From: Chiloscyllium plagiosum
Lineage: Eukaryota
Reading direction: 5' to 3'
Length of the DNA: 48,169 nucleotides
NCBI RefSeq assembly: GCF_004010195.1
Contig: NC_057718.1
Location: 84,079,731 to 84,127,899, forward strand
The notes under the pieces are model-generated. The model made no database searches, was not told the DNA's origin, and saw only the letters and a program-made list of their open reading frames with translations. Position numbers and translations under genes: made by a program. Numbering within the stretch: the first letter of the stretch is position 1; every line of letters starts with the position of its first letter. Positions 24,331 through 36,860 of the stretch are shown here, piece after piece.

Positions 24331-25765
24331 TCACGACCTCGGGGTATTACAAACACTTGGCAGCCAATGAGTATTTTTTTGAACTATCTGTTGTAATGTA
24401 AGAACGGAGCTGGCAATTTATGCATAGTAAGGCCCAGCAAGGAATGCTATTGATCAGAAAGTGTTTTGTAGTGATGATGTGCCTCAGAGAAGGTCCGCGG
24501 TTTATTTCTCCACATCTTTCGCTTTCCTCTTTCTGTAGGAGTCTCTCAGTTTCGATTTCTGTGAGCAATGTGACTAGGGAAAATAATACGTTCCTGATGC
24601 TTTCCTCATTTGAAGGAAACGCGTCATTATTCACGCAAGATCCTTTGCCAAAAAGTGGCTGTTGCTGTTCGAGTTTTTAATTCTATCACCATCGCCACCG
24701 TTGGCTAAGGCTTGTAACCTTGAGCGTGAGCTGATTTACAAAACGGCAGAAATGAGCACCCATTGATGCTTTAATTAAACTTGCTTCCTAGGGTGACTTT
24801 TTGTGTGGGGAGAAGACAAGTAATAAAGAATGTCACAATTGAGCCAAGATCACAGGGAGGTTGAGGGCTACTGTCTATATTGTCCTTTTATGAGTAGGGA
24901 GGTTTGTACCGATACCGTGGGGAAGGGAAGGGAAGGGAAGGGTGCTGCCAATTCGTTAGCAGCTGGCAGGGAGGAGGAAGCAGACACAGAATAAATTCAG
25001 GATTAATGAATACCTGATAAAACTCAGAGCTGGGATGCAGGACAGAAAGCATAATTCTGGGATAGTCATGGCAAATCCCTAAATCTTACATGCTAGTGAT
25101 GTTGTTGGCTAAGTATTTAGACCTCAGATAGGTCTTAATTTAATGCCCCGATTGATAGTGTCTCTGACACTATGTCATTCTTTCAAATGCTGTACTTCTA
25201 AATCAACCTGGAATTTTGTGTTCCAGTGCTAGGTGTGGGATTTTCCATTACCAAGAATTTTGACTTGGAAGTATGAGTGTTATCATTGTGATATCGGTTC
25301 CAGTTCAATGAGAATGACTGATATCCACAAGAACAATGATATGCTTGTCTGGATGTTGATCGCCACTCTCAAATCTTTCCTTTTTCTAAAAAAAAAATGT
25401 GTATTTGGTGTTTGTCATTCTCAAAAGAACGTAGCTTCCCATGTTAGAAAATAAACTCGTAAAATTTGAAATCAGAAAATCATGGAGGTAGCATCTTTTT
25501 TCTGATAATTTGAAGTTTTTTTTCTGCTGATCTGATGAGATTTGATGATATAATTGATGAGAAGCTGATTCACTTTGTATAGAATAGCTGAACCTGAAGA
25601 GGAGCTTGGAGAGTAAATTGAAAGTTAATCTAAGATAGCAATATTTCAGTGGTTTAGTGGCTAATTTATGGAACAGGCTAGGGAGATGTTGAAATACTGT
25701 TGATTCAAAGGAAATTTATATTTATTTCAGAAGATGATGTTTTGGAAAATTGTATTGTATGCTAT

Positions 25766-26188
25766 TCAAGGTTTGTGAGAAGATTTGTAGCTCGGGTGCT
25801 CGTTGCTGTGGTTCTGTTCGCCGAGCTGGAAGTTTTTGTTGCAAACGTTTCGTCCCCTGTCTAGGTGACATCCTCCGTGCTTGGGAGCCTCCTGTGAAGC
25901 GCTTCTGTGGTGTTTCCTCCGGCATTTATAGTGGCCTGTCCCTGCCGCTTCCGGTTGTCAGTTTCAGCTGTCCGCTGCAGTGGCNNNNNNNNNNNNNNNN
26001 NNNNACCGGCCACTACAGCGGACAGCTGAAACTGACAACCGGAAGCGGCAGGGACAGGCCACTATAAATGCCGGAGGAAACACCACAGAAGCGCTTCACA
26101 GGAGGCTCCCAAGCACGGAGGATGTCACCTAGACAGGGGACGAAACGTTTGCAACAAAAACTTCCAGCTCGGCAAACAGAACCACAGC
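25766..26188. mobile_element. Penelope (Poseidon-type) insertion with inverted terminal repeats around an assembly gap
   Basis: Near-perfect inverted repeat 25805-25984 / 26009-26189. 12-bp TSD ATTGTATGCTAT at 25754-65 and 26189-200. Hammerhead-like motif. Confidence 0.8.
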
Positions 26189-27082
26189 ATTGTATGCTAT
26201 AAATATATTGGGTATAATATGTTTGGGAGTAACTAATGACTTTGCAAGTATAATTCCCAGAGCTCCCCTCCACTTTTTTTTTATATTTCTAGTTCTATCA
26301 TCGTTACTGAGATGATGGGTGAATGAGCTGAACTATGCTCTTTTTGTTCTATGCTCCTACTTAACATTTGAATTATTGAATAATTTGAATTTTAAAAATT
26401 CAATTCTTGGACTGTGGGTGTGGCCATACCAAATTGCCTTGGAGAAGATGTGAGCTTTATCACTGAATGTAGTAGATCACTTAAATTTTTCTTTTGAAGT
26501 AAAGGAACATGACTGTCCTTAGCAGCTCATGCAGTAGCAATCTTCCCAAAAAAAATTAATCTAATATTTTAAAAGGTCTGACCTTTTATGTGAGGGTCAA
26601 ATTTGTAAACAAGTTGCAAAAATGTCAGGCTTTTATTGTTGATAGTAGTAATTTGCCTTACACCACCTTCAACATAATAAGTGGATTCTGGAAAATAAAG
26701 TTTGAAGAATTATAAAATATGGAAACGCAAAATAATCCATTCATAATCTGCCTTGCAAAGTTCCCAAGTTGATTGTGTTTTTTGTTTTGTATAACTGTAT
26801 TCCTCACCACAACAATTCGGATAAGTATAGCGAAGGCAATTTGCACTTTTTCAAGTATAGTCATTCATGTAATTTTGGAACAACAAAAGTGCAGTACAGT
26901 CCCACAAACAGCAACATGATAATGACCAGATAATCTCTGTTTTAGTGATGTGTTTGAAGGAAAAGGTTTGGTTAGAACTGTAGGTAGAACTTGCCTCCGT
27001 GTATTAGAAGTACTCAGAATTGATAACTATTTAGTTGCAATATATAATACCTGATTCATCTTTTGAACAGTGATCACCAAAA

Positions 27083-27459
27083 ATGAATTTTGGAAGGAGA
27101 CCAAACAGAGGAGGAAACTTCAACAAATCTCGTAGTGGTACAGGAGGAGGAAGTAGGAAAGCCTCAGGAAAAGCATGGGATGATGGGGATGATTTTAGTT
27201 TTGCCCAAAAACCAACTGTCCCAACCAGGACTCGGAATAGAGGAAAAGGAAAATCTGGAGTTGGAACTGGGGCCAGAAGTGGAACAGGAGCCAGATCTGG
27301 AGTTGGAAGTAGAGGAGGAGCCACATCTGGAGTTGGAAGTAGAGGAAGAGCGAGAACTGGAATTGGAAGTGCAGCAAGAACAGGAATTAGGAAATCTGCT
27401 AATGAAGGGATCGAGGACCAATCAGAGTTCAACTTATTTGGCAATATAAAATCACAAAG
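27083..27459 (+). CDS. DHX57: DHX57 (DExH-box helicase 57) first coding exon; exon starts at 27071
   Basis: Acceptor ttttgaacAG (27069-70), ATG at 27083, donor AG|GTAGGT. Gly/Arg-rich N-terminus with 'RKASGKAWDDGDDF', matching the DHX57 'RKASSRIWDDGDDF' motif. Confidence 0.92.
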
Positions 27460-27539
27460 GTAGGTGCAGAACATAACCAACATGGGTTAAGAAGTTTGGC
27501 TGTGCCTAGATAATTTGAATCTGCTTGTTCAACAAATAA

Positions 27540-30040
27540 TTTAGAATGTACAACAATACAGCATAGGAACAGGCTGTTCAGCTGACTATGATGCCATTCT
27601 AAACTAATCACATTTGTCTGCACAGGATCTGTATCCTTCTTTTCTTTGCCTCGTCATATGACTGTCTAGATGCCTCTTAAACCTTGCTTTTGTGTCTGCT
27701 GTACCATCTTCCCTGGCAGTGTGTTCCAAGCACCCACCATCCTCTGCAAACAACATGCCTCGCACATTTCCTTTAAAGTTTCCCTCTCTCACCTTGAATC
27801 TCTGTCCCCTGGTATTTGACATTCCCGTGCTGGGAATAAGACTCCAACTATCCACCCATCCATACCTCTTGTAATTTACAATATACTTCCGTCAGGTTAC
27901 CCCTCAGCCTCCAAAGCCGTAACAAAAACAATCCAAGTTTATCCAATCTCTCCTTACGCTAATTCACTCCAGTCCAAACAACACCCTGGTAAACCTCTTG
28001 GGCATCCTCTCCAAAGCCTCCACCTCCTTCCTATGGTGTGGTGACCAGAACTACACACACTGCTCCAAATGTGGCTGAATTGAAGTTTTATACTACTACG
28101 TCATGATTTACCACCTTCATATTCAATACCCTAACTGATGAAGGCAAGTATGCTATACCATGTTATCCACTTGTGTTGCCACTTTACGAGAGCTATGGAC
28201 TTGTACCCAAGGTCCCTCTGTATGTCAATACTCCTAAGGGTCCTGCCCTTTGCTGTATATTTTCCCCCTGTATCTGAACTCTGAGTGCAGTACCTCTCAC
28301 TTGTCTGGATTAAACTCCATTTGCCATTCTCCATTCAACTTTCCCACTGTTTTATGTCCTGCTGTATCCTTTGACAACCTTCTTCACTGTCCAAAACTCC
28401 ACCAATTTTCATGCCGTCAGCAAACTTACTAATCAGGCCACCTAAATTTTCATCCAAGTCATTTATATATATTGCAGACAACAGAAGTCCCAGCATTGAT
28501 CCTTGTAGAACACCACTGCTCACAGACCTCCATTCAGAAAACACGCCTCCACAACAGCCTTCTGTTTTCTATGACCAAGACAATTTTATGTTCAACTTGC
28601 CAACTCACCATGGATTCCATGTGACTTTATCTTCTCGACCAGCCTACCAAAGAGGAACCTTGTCAAATGCTTTAGTAAGTTCATGTAAACGACATCCAGT
28701 GCCCTACACTTATCAATTATCTTTGTCACTTCCTCAGCAAGCTCAAATTTGAGGGGCAAGAATTCCTCTGCTCAAAGCCATGCTGACTAGCTCTGATAAG
28801 TCCATTCTTTTCCAAATGTGAGGAAATCCTGTCCCTAAGAATCTTCTCCAATAATTTTCTTACCACTGATATAAGGCTCACTGGCCTATAATTTTCTCAA
28901 TAATGCTTGTTGCCCTTAAAGGAACGCCACTAGCTATTCTCCTGTATTCTGGGACCTTGCATGTGACTAACAAGGATACAAAGATCTCTGACAAGGCCCC
29001 AGCAATCTCCTGTCTTGTCTCCTGGGTTAGATTCCATCAGTCTCTGGGACCTATCCATCTTAATGTTTTCAAGACATCCAACACTTCCTCCTCCTTGATA
29101 TCGACATGCCCCAGAATATCAACACATCCTTCCCAAATCTTATCATCTTCCATGTCCTTCTCGATGAGTACTGATGCAAAGTATTCAGTAGGACGAAACC
29201 CACTTCCTCTGGCTGCTAGCCTCCTTGAGTGGACCTACCCTTTCCCTAATAACCCTCTTGCTCCTAACATATGTATAAAATGCCTCTATTCTCCTTGATC
29301 TATCTTGCATTTTGAGGTCCCCTTCTAGCCCTACTCATTTCTCAAGTTCTTTTCTTTTGTATTCAAGCCTTGTTTGGTTTCAGTTTTCTAAACCTTACAC
29401 ATGCCTCCCTTTTTCTTTTTGACAAAACGGTCAATATCTCTTGGCATCCAAAGTTCCCGAATCATGCCATCCTTATCTTTCATCCTCACAGGAACATGCT
29501 GGTCTTGAACTCTGATCAACTGACGTTTAAAAGACACCCACAGATGTAGATTATGCTTCAGTTAATTTCTCCAGTTACTGTCTACTTTCTCCAGATAGTT
29601 CCTGCCTAATACTGTAGTAATTAGCCTTCCCCCAATTTATCATTTTCATCCAAGGATCAGTCTTATCCTTATCCATAACTATCTTAAAACTTACAGAACA
29701 TTGATCACTATTCCCAAAATGCTTCCCCACTACAGCTTTGATCATTTGCCTCATTCCTCAAGACAAGGTCCCTTCCCTAGTTTGACAATGACATGTTGTT
29801 TCACAAATTCCTTCTGGATGCACCTAACAAATTCTGCCCCAGCTGAGCCCCGGGACTAAGGGAATCCAAAATACTAATATTGGGCAAATTAAAATCACCT
29901 ACTACAACAATCCTGTTTTTACATCTTTCTGTGGTCTGTTTACATTATCTGTTCCTCTATCTCTCCTTCTGGCTATTGTAGAAAGCCTATTGTAGAATCC
30001 CAACATCACAATTGCTCCTTTCTTATTCCTGACTTCTACC
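27540..30040 (-). mobile_element. CR1 LINE, long decayed copy
   Basis: Minus-strand SGVLQGSMLG, YINDLDE and SKFADG motifs, plus CR1 3' region. Confidence 0.85.
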
Positions 30041-30043
30041 TAA

Positions 30044-30235
30044 GGAGAAAGTGAGGACTGGAGATCAGAGTCAAAGCATGGCAAGTCAAGCAGCATCCGA
30101 GGAGTGGGAGAATTAACATTCCAGGCATAAGCCCTTCATCATTCCTGATGAAGGGCTTATGTCTGAACCATCGACTCTCCTACTTCTCCGATGCTGCCTG
30201 ACCACCTGTGCTTTTCCAGCACAACACTTTTTGAC
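30044..30235. mobile_element. Penelope-type inverted terminal-repeat hairpin
   Basis: Palindrome caggcataagcccttcatca-ttcc-tgatgaagggcttatgtctg. Flanked by a TGACTTCTA(C/T)CTAA duplication. Confidence 0.8.
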
Positions 30236-30971
30236 TTCTATCTAAATTAGTGAACATATTTGAATTGTGACTTGCTGTATTAGTGATATCCACCATTTAG
30301 TCAACAAATCTCTCAAACAAGTCATATATAATACATCATGAATTGGAAAGGAAGCCCATAATCTTTTAACCCATATGACTCTCATGGTGTTTGTAGCAAT
30401 TGTTAAAGAAGTGACATTTGAGGATGCATGTGCACAAGTCATTTAACTGGTTAGTTTGTTGAGAAGTGGTTCTTTGGAACTGTAAATCGGAAAAAAGAAA
30501 CAAGGTGTTTTTAAAGTGGAAGAGTCTTAAAACAAGTGAAAATGTAATCAGTATAACGTCTGAAATGAGTGGATGCATGACTGGATGGATGAAAGGATAT
30601 TTCCTCTTGTGGGAGAATCTAAAACTAGGGGGTCAGAGTTTAAAACAGAGAAGAGGACTTCCCCAATATTAGTATATTTTCTGTGAACGTTGAAAATCTT
30701 CGGATTTTCATCACTCAAAAGGCAATGGATGCAGAATCTTTAAATATTTTTAAGGCAGAGGTAGATAGATCCTTAATAATTAAGGTAATTAACAAACTAT
30801 GCAGGAATGTTGAATTTGAGGTTAAAATCAGATCAACCGTAATCTTTTATTGAATGATAGAGCAGGCTTGAAGAGCTGACTGGCATACTCTTATTCCTTC
30901 GTACATTTGCACTTAATTGCTTTTGTCTGACATAAATAGCTTTGAACTTATTTTGATTGATCTATTCAGAC

Positions 30972-31041
30972 ATGTTATGACACATCTCTGGGGAGCTGGG
31001 AGTGGAACCCAGCCCTTCTAGCCCAGAGGTCGGGATAACTA
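30972..31041 (-). mobile_element. tRNA-derived SINE head, short
   Basis: Minus strand ggtgtagtggtag...gggttccactccc resembles A and B boxes. The cloverleaf is degenerate. Confidence 0.5.
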
Positions 31042-31592
31042 CCACTACACCTCAGGCACCCTTAAAATGTTTTGTATGTTTGGGGCTGGAGGTGTGTGGT
31101 TAATAAGGTGAGAAGGGAAACACTTGTCTCATTCAGAATAAAAAGATCAAATAAATATTTTCGCTTCTTATCCAAGTAATCAGGCGGAGAATGTTGAGCT
31201 GTGTGTGCTTCAATGTCCACTGAATTAACAAGGGGCTTGGGTGGAAATTGGTCTTCACTTTGGCATGAATTTCAGTGAAAAAGAAATTCAAGAGTGCAAT
31301 AAAGCAAACTGCTGATTGATTGCAAGCCTATTTTTTTGCTACTGGCCAAGGCAAGTTTCGTTCTCCTGTGTCTGTCATATTGAACTGATCCTGTGTCGCT
31401 TTTGAAACAATGCTTGAATGTCATTTAGTGCAAAGAAGAAATTAATTTATTCTGTTCAGAATCTGCTATATCTAGCAAATCTAGCAAAACTATAATTCAT
31501 TTCATCCATAGATTTTAAATGAATGCCTTTGATAAGAATAAATGTTGCTGCAATTGTTCTGTTGACCTTTTTGGTAACTTTCCTTTCTGCAG

Positions 31593-31748
31593 CTCAAAAA
31601 GTGATAGCCAAAGGGGAGGAAAACTTGGATCCAAGTCCAATGATCACAGAGTGCTTTTGCAGACTATAAACATGACCACTGAAAACCAGAAGGATGTCAA
31701 GCAACTTCTCCAAGAGCTGCAAAATTATGAAAAGGAAGTTGCAGTACA
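31593..31748 (+). CDS. DHX57: DHX57 second coding exon (156 nt)
   Basis: Acceptor tttcctttctgcAG, donor GTAAGT, phase 2-2. 'LQTINMTTENQKDVKQLLQELQ' matches DHX57 'LQTLHMTSENQEKVKALLRDLQ'. Confidence 0.93.
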
Positions 31749-31927
31749 GTAAGTTCATTTCATTTCCTATGCTATCAAGCTCCCTGTTTTCATTCAATCA
31801 CAGAATGAAAGCACCAAGTGTATCCTGTCCCTTATTTGGACATATTTGTGAACTGGGTTAAATTTCTGTCCTAGTTCCACATTGATACCTTGAGTATCGT
31901 ACTTCTCAAACGGAGGAGTGAGTGTTG

Positions 31928-33125
31928 TCATAAAGTCATAGAGATGTACTGCACGGAAACAGACCCTTCGGTCCAACTCATCCATGCCGACCAGATATCC
32001 CAACCCAATCTAGTCCCACCTGCCAGCACCCGGTCCATATCCCTCCCAACCCTTCCTATTCATATACCCATCCAAATGCTTCTTAAATGTTGCAATTGTA
32101 CTAGCCTCCACCACATCCTCTGGCAGCTCATTCCATACACGTACCACCCTTTGCCCCTTGGGTCTCTTTTATATTAGATTAGATTAGATTACTTACAGTG
32201 TGGAAACAGGCCCTTCGGCCCAACAAGTCCACACCGCCCCGCCGAAACGCAACCCGCTCATACCCCTATATTTACCCCTTACCTAACACTAGGGGCAATT
32301 TAGCATGGTCAATTCACCTAACCTGCACATCTTTGGACTGTGGGAGGAAACCGGAGCACCTGGAGGAAACCCACGCAGACACTGGGAGAACGTGCAAACT
32401 CTACACAGTCAGTCGCCTGAGGCGGGAATTGAACCCGGGTCTCTGGCGCTGTGAGGCAGCAGTGCTAACCACTGTGCCGCCCACTCACTCTAAACCTATG
32501 CCCTCTAGTTCTGGAATCCCCGACCCCAGGGAAAAGACTTTGTCTATTTATCCTATCCATGCCCTTCATAATTTTGTAAACCTCTATAAGGTCACCCCTC
32601 AGCCTCTGACGCTCCAGGGAAAACAGCCCCAGCCTGTTCAGCCTCTCCTGTAGCTCAGATCCTCCAACCCTGGCAATATCCTTGTAAACCTTTTTCTGAA
32701 TCCTTTCCAGTTTCACAACATCTTTCTGATAGGAAGGAGATCAGAATTGCACGCAATATTCCAACAGTGGCCTAACCAATGTCCTGTACAGCCGCAACAG
32801 GACCTCCCAACTCCTGTACTCAATACTCTGACCAATAAAGGAAAGCATACCAATTGCCGCTTTCACCATCCTATCTACCTGCGACTCCACTTTCAAGGAG
32901 CTATGAACCTGCACTCCGAGGTCTCTTTGTTGAGCAACACTCCCTAGGAATTTACCATTAGGTGTATAAGTCCTGCTAAGATTTGCTTTCCCAAAATGCA
33001 GCACCTCCCATTTATCTGAATTAAACTCCATCTGCCACTTCTCAGCCCATTGGCCCATCTGATCCAGATCCTATTGTAATCTGAGGTAACCCTCTTTGCT
33101 TTCCACTACACCTCCAACTTTGGTT
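31928..33125 (-). mobile_element. Young CR1 3' portion containing a SINE
   Basis: WAEKWQMEFN, LVRPLLEYCVQF and RGDLIEVYK motifs. CTATGAC tail. Confidence 0.9.
32173..32481 (-). mobile_element. Full-length young HE1-like V-SINE
   Basis: Head GGCGGCACAGTGGTTAGC, B box GGTTCAATTCC, (TCTAA)n tail. CpGs retained. Confidence 0.92.
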
Positions 33126-33129
33126 GTCC

Positions 33130-34400
33130 TGTGATGAGTTTACTCAGTTTGAATCCAAAGAGGTGAAAGGTAGGGATTAACTTAAAACCATCACCAGGGA
33201 AGAAGTACCTGGCAAGCCATTGCACCTAAAGGACTGGATGGCCTGTATCTAAATAGTGGAGTCACAAATAATAATCTTCCAAAATTCTCCAAGCTTCCAG
33301 AAGGGGTCTAATGGGTTAGAAAGTAGCAAATGTAACACCTGTATTCAAGAAAGGAGCAGGGCAGGAAGCACAAAACTATCGGCCAGTCAGTCTAACCTGT
33401 CATAGGGCAAATGCTAGAATCCATCATTAAAGGGGTTGTAGAGGATACCTAGAAAATCACAGTGTAATCAGACAGAGCCATAATGTCTTTGTGAAAAGGT
33501 TTCACTACCTATTATAGGTTTCTGAAGTAATAATTTTCAGTGGATAGATGGAAGCTGGTAGATGTAGGGTACTTTGATATCCATAATGGTGTTAAATAAA
33601 GCTGTAATATCAAAGGGTATTGCACAAAGTAGGAAGACATGGAGTAGGCAATAACACATTGCTATGGATAAAGAATTGGTTAGCTAACAGATTAGGGATA
33701 ACTGGTTCTCTTTGGGATGGCAAGCTTTAAGTAGTGAAATGCTACAGGAATCTGTCTGTAATCTGTATCAATTAATTTGTTGATGGGACCTATACATATT
33801 AACTGAACTTGTCAATGACATCCGAGCAAGTAGGAAGGAAAGTAAGTTGAGAAGTGGAGATAGAGTGTGCAATAGTGTGTAGACAGGTTTAATGAGTTGA
33901 TAAAAGGATTGGCAGATTAAGTATAATATGGATAAATGCAAACTTGTCTGTTTTGGCAGGAAGAATAGAAAAGTACTGTACTATTCAAATGGGGAGAAAG
34001 TGGAGGACACTGATGCAGAGACATCTGGATGTCCTGGAACCTGAATCACAGAAAATTAGTTGGCAGATGTTTGGCAAGTGATTAAGAAAGAAAAGGTAAC
34101 ATTTTATTTATTGAGAGAGGGACGGGATATAAGAGGAGAAGATTTCCTGTAGCTGTACACATCCAGAGTACTGTGTACAATTCTTGTCTCCTAGAACACC
34201 ACCATAATTAAAATAAAACATTGGATTCTAAAGCAAATGTATTCAGAGAAGATTGCACCCAATTCATTCTTGATTGAAGGACTTGCTTTATGACAAAAGG
34301 TTGAACGGGTTAGGTTTATATCCATTGGCATTTACAAGAATGAGAGATAATCTTATTAAAATACAAATCTTTGAGGGAACTAGTTTTAATAGATACGAGG
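33130..34400 (+). mobile_element. Old CR1 ORF2 remnant
   Basis: Degenerate ANVTPVFKKG and NYRPVSLT motifs, then RT region. Confidence 0.7.
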
Positions 34401-36439
34401 AGGATTTGCATTTCTAACTTTGATTCATGTAGTAGGGCATCCAGATCATGCTGTACCATAAACTCCTGAAAACCCTGTCTATTTAAATAGTTTATGCTTC
34501 TCTATTCTGCCAGCTTCTATTCTGTGTGCTAAAAGTTTGCCCAACCACTTAACCTGTGTATGTCCCCTTGCAAATTCTCTAATTCCTCTTATTCTTCTAT
34601 GTACTTGGTGTGATCAGCAAACGTTGCTACAATAGATTGAGTCCTTTCATGGAAGAAAATTTGGCACTGAGTTGAGATATTAAAACTTGATGCAAGAAAG
34701 AAGTTTTAAGGAACACTTAAATGTTGGAGAAGCTTACAGAGGGATTACCGGGCTTTACAGCTTGGGGACCTGAAGGTATAGTCATTAATATTAGAATGAA
34801 GAATTTGAAAGCTGCATAGTTAGAGGAAAACAGCATTCCTGGAGAAATTTAGGTCTGGAAGAGGACTGAAGTCGTGGTGGGATTTGGTCAGAAGGATGAG
34901 ATTCCTTATCTATGAAAGTAATTTGTGACCTTCGCTTTTACATTGGCACAAAATCAATTTTAAGAGTCTGAACAATTGTGTTCATGCTATGTATGATGAA
35001 ATTGTTTTCACTATGATTGAAGTGAATGAATTTTTCTTAGTGGTCAATTTCTTTCCTTGGTTGGGCTATTGTTAGTGTATCCTGAAATTTACTTTTGCAG
35101 GTGCAAAAATATCTTTTCTTTTCCCATTTACCATTATGTCTCCAATATGATTTTGTTTTAGTGCACAATGTATCTTTTTTTTAAAAGTAACTTGCAAACC
35201 TGTTTCCCTTCAAATAGAGTGAAACTTTATTCTCAATTTCAGGAAATCTTATGTTCCTGTCGTGATTAGAGATAAGATTCTGACCATTTAGACTTTTTTG
35301 TAACAAAGGGAAAGAAATCCTGATATTCAGCATTGCACACAAGTTATTGGAAATCACTCCCTCCCCACACTTGTCTTAGCTTCCTACAGAAAGAATTCTC
35401 AGAGCAGATGGGAAATGTATAATTTTTTGTGCACGTACACAGTCAGATGCATGCTCGTTTGCCCTATCGTCCTTAATGTTTTCCATTAAATCTAACAAAT
35501 GCTCTAAAGAATTGTTGTGTTCAAACTTTGACCAACAAAAAAATTCATATCCGTTGGAATGATTTGGAACAACTTAAAAAAAAACATCACTGCTGCTTAA
35601 ACTTGGATTGTGAGATGTGTGATTGAACTGTAATCAACATCATTTAAAGACCATCTCCATCATTAAGTTGCAATTATATCATCACTGAAACAATGTTTGT
35701 TTTTCTAAGTAATTTATATTTTCAACTGACAAAATTTGTCATTACCAGTGCATTTGGAGTTCACAGAGCACATCAGTATTTGATGATTAACCTGTAAAAA
35801 CATGATTTCAGTTTCTGCTGCTATTTGTCTACTAAAATGCTATTGCATATCAGTCATGAAATCCCTACAGCCTCTCAGAAGATAACGTAAATTTGCAATT
35901 CGCACACACCAGCTTCTGCAAACAGTTAAAGTCTATTAAAGTCTGTACAAGGTAGGTGACCTCTTTTGACACTCTTTGTAAGCGTGCGAAGTCAAGTCAA
36001 AAGAGGCCCCGAACAAAGGAAATACATCCCCTTTATACAGGTCAGTTGGTAATGCTCACAGGTACTCCGGCCACTCCCATAGTCACATGCCACACAAGAC
36101 AACCCCCTAGCCACTCCCTCACAGTCACATGTTAACTTGGGTACAATGGTAAGACGAGATCTTCCTCGCAGATAATGTAAGTGTCCTCATCCTGGGGAAT
36201 TGCTATGCAGGTGATTTCCCAAGACAATGTAGGTGTGATATGCCTAGCTTCAGGGGATGGCTATGAAAGCATTTCTGAATGGAAGAGATTGAATGACTGT
36301 CTGAATGGGTGGGAGTCATCCGCATTCCTGCGTGAATGTTGTCCCCACCCACTTCCAGAATGTTCAGTCAGTGCAGTCTAACCTTTTAATACTACATTAA
36401 TGTCCAGAGAGAGAGTCCCATTGAATCTTTTAACATTAC

Positions 36440-36860
36440 ACCCTTCTCTAAATGTCCTTCAGAAGGTGGTGGTGAACTGCTTTCTTGAATTGCTGCAGTT
36501 CATGTGGTGTAGATACGCTCTCAGTACTGTGAGGAAGGGAGTTCCAGGATTTTGACTCTTATGATATAGTTTCATGTCAGGGTGGTGTGTAGCATCAAGG
36601 GGAATGTGCAGATAATTAATAATGTGCCCATGTATCTCCTGCCTAGTCCTTCCAGATGGTGGAAGTTGCAGGTTTGTCGAAGCATCTTTGGTGAATTTTT
36701 TAAGTGCATCTTATAGATAGTACACATCATTGGTATTGTGCATATGTAGTGGGTGGACTGAACATTGAAGATGTCAGCTGGGGTGTAAATAAAGCAGACT
36801 GCTTTATCCTGGATTTTATTGAGCTTGAGTATCATTGAAGCTGTACTCATCCAGGCACAT
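36440..36860 (-). mobile_element. Old L2/CR1-superfamily LINE 3' part; same family at ~41235-41920 and 42570-43950
   Basis: LKLNKIQDKA and TIYKAQLRSVMEYSP motifs on the minus strand. Mutual similarity between the copies. Confidence 0.65.

Noticed and set aside
24130..24700. DHX57 non-coding exon 1 and short ORFs
   Set aside because: An exon probably exists here because 27071 has an acceptor, but several weak donors compete and the boundaries cannot be fixed. The ORFs have no support.
27031..27483. Overlapping ORFs in other frames and strands over the DHX57 exon (150 aa minus, 119 aa plus)
   Set aside because: Stop-free frames are expected from the low-complexity repeat. Only the 27083 frame has homology and matching splice phase.
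30972..31041. Possible tRNA gene
   Set aside because: Stems are degenerate; more consistent with a SINE head.
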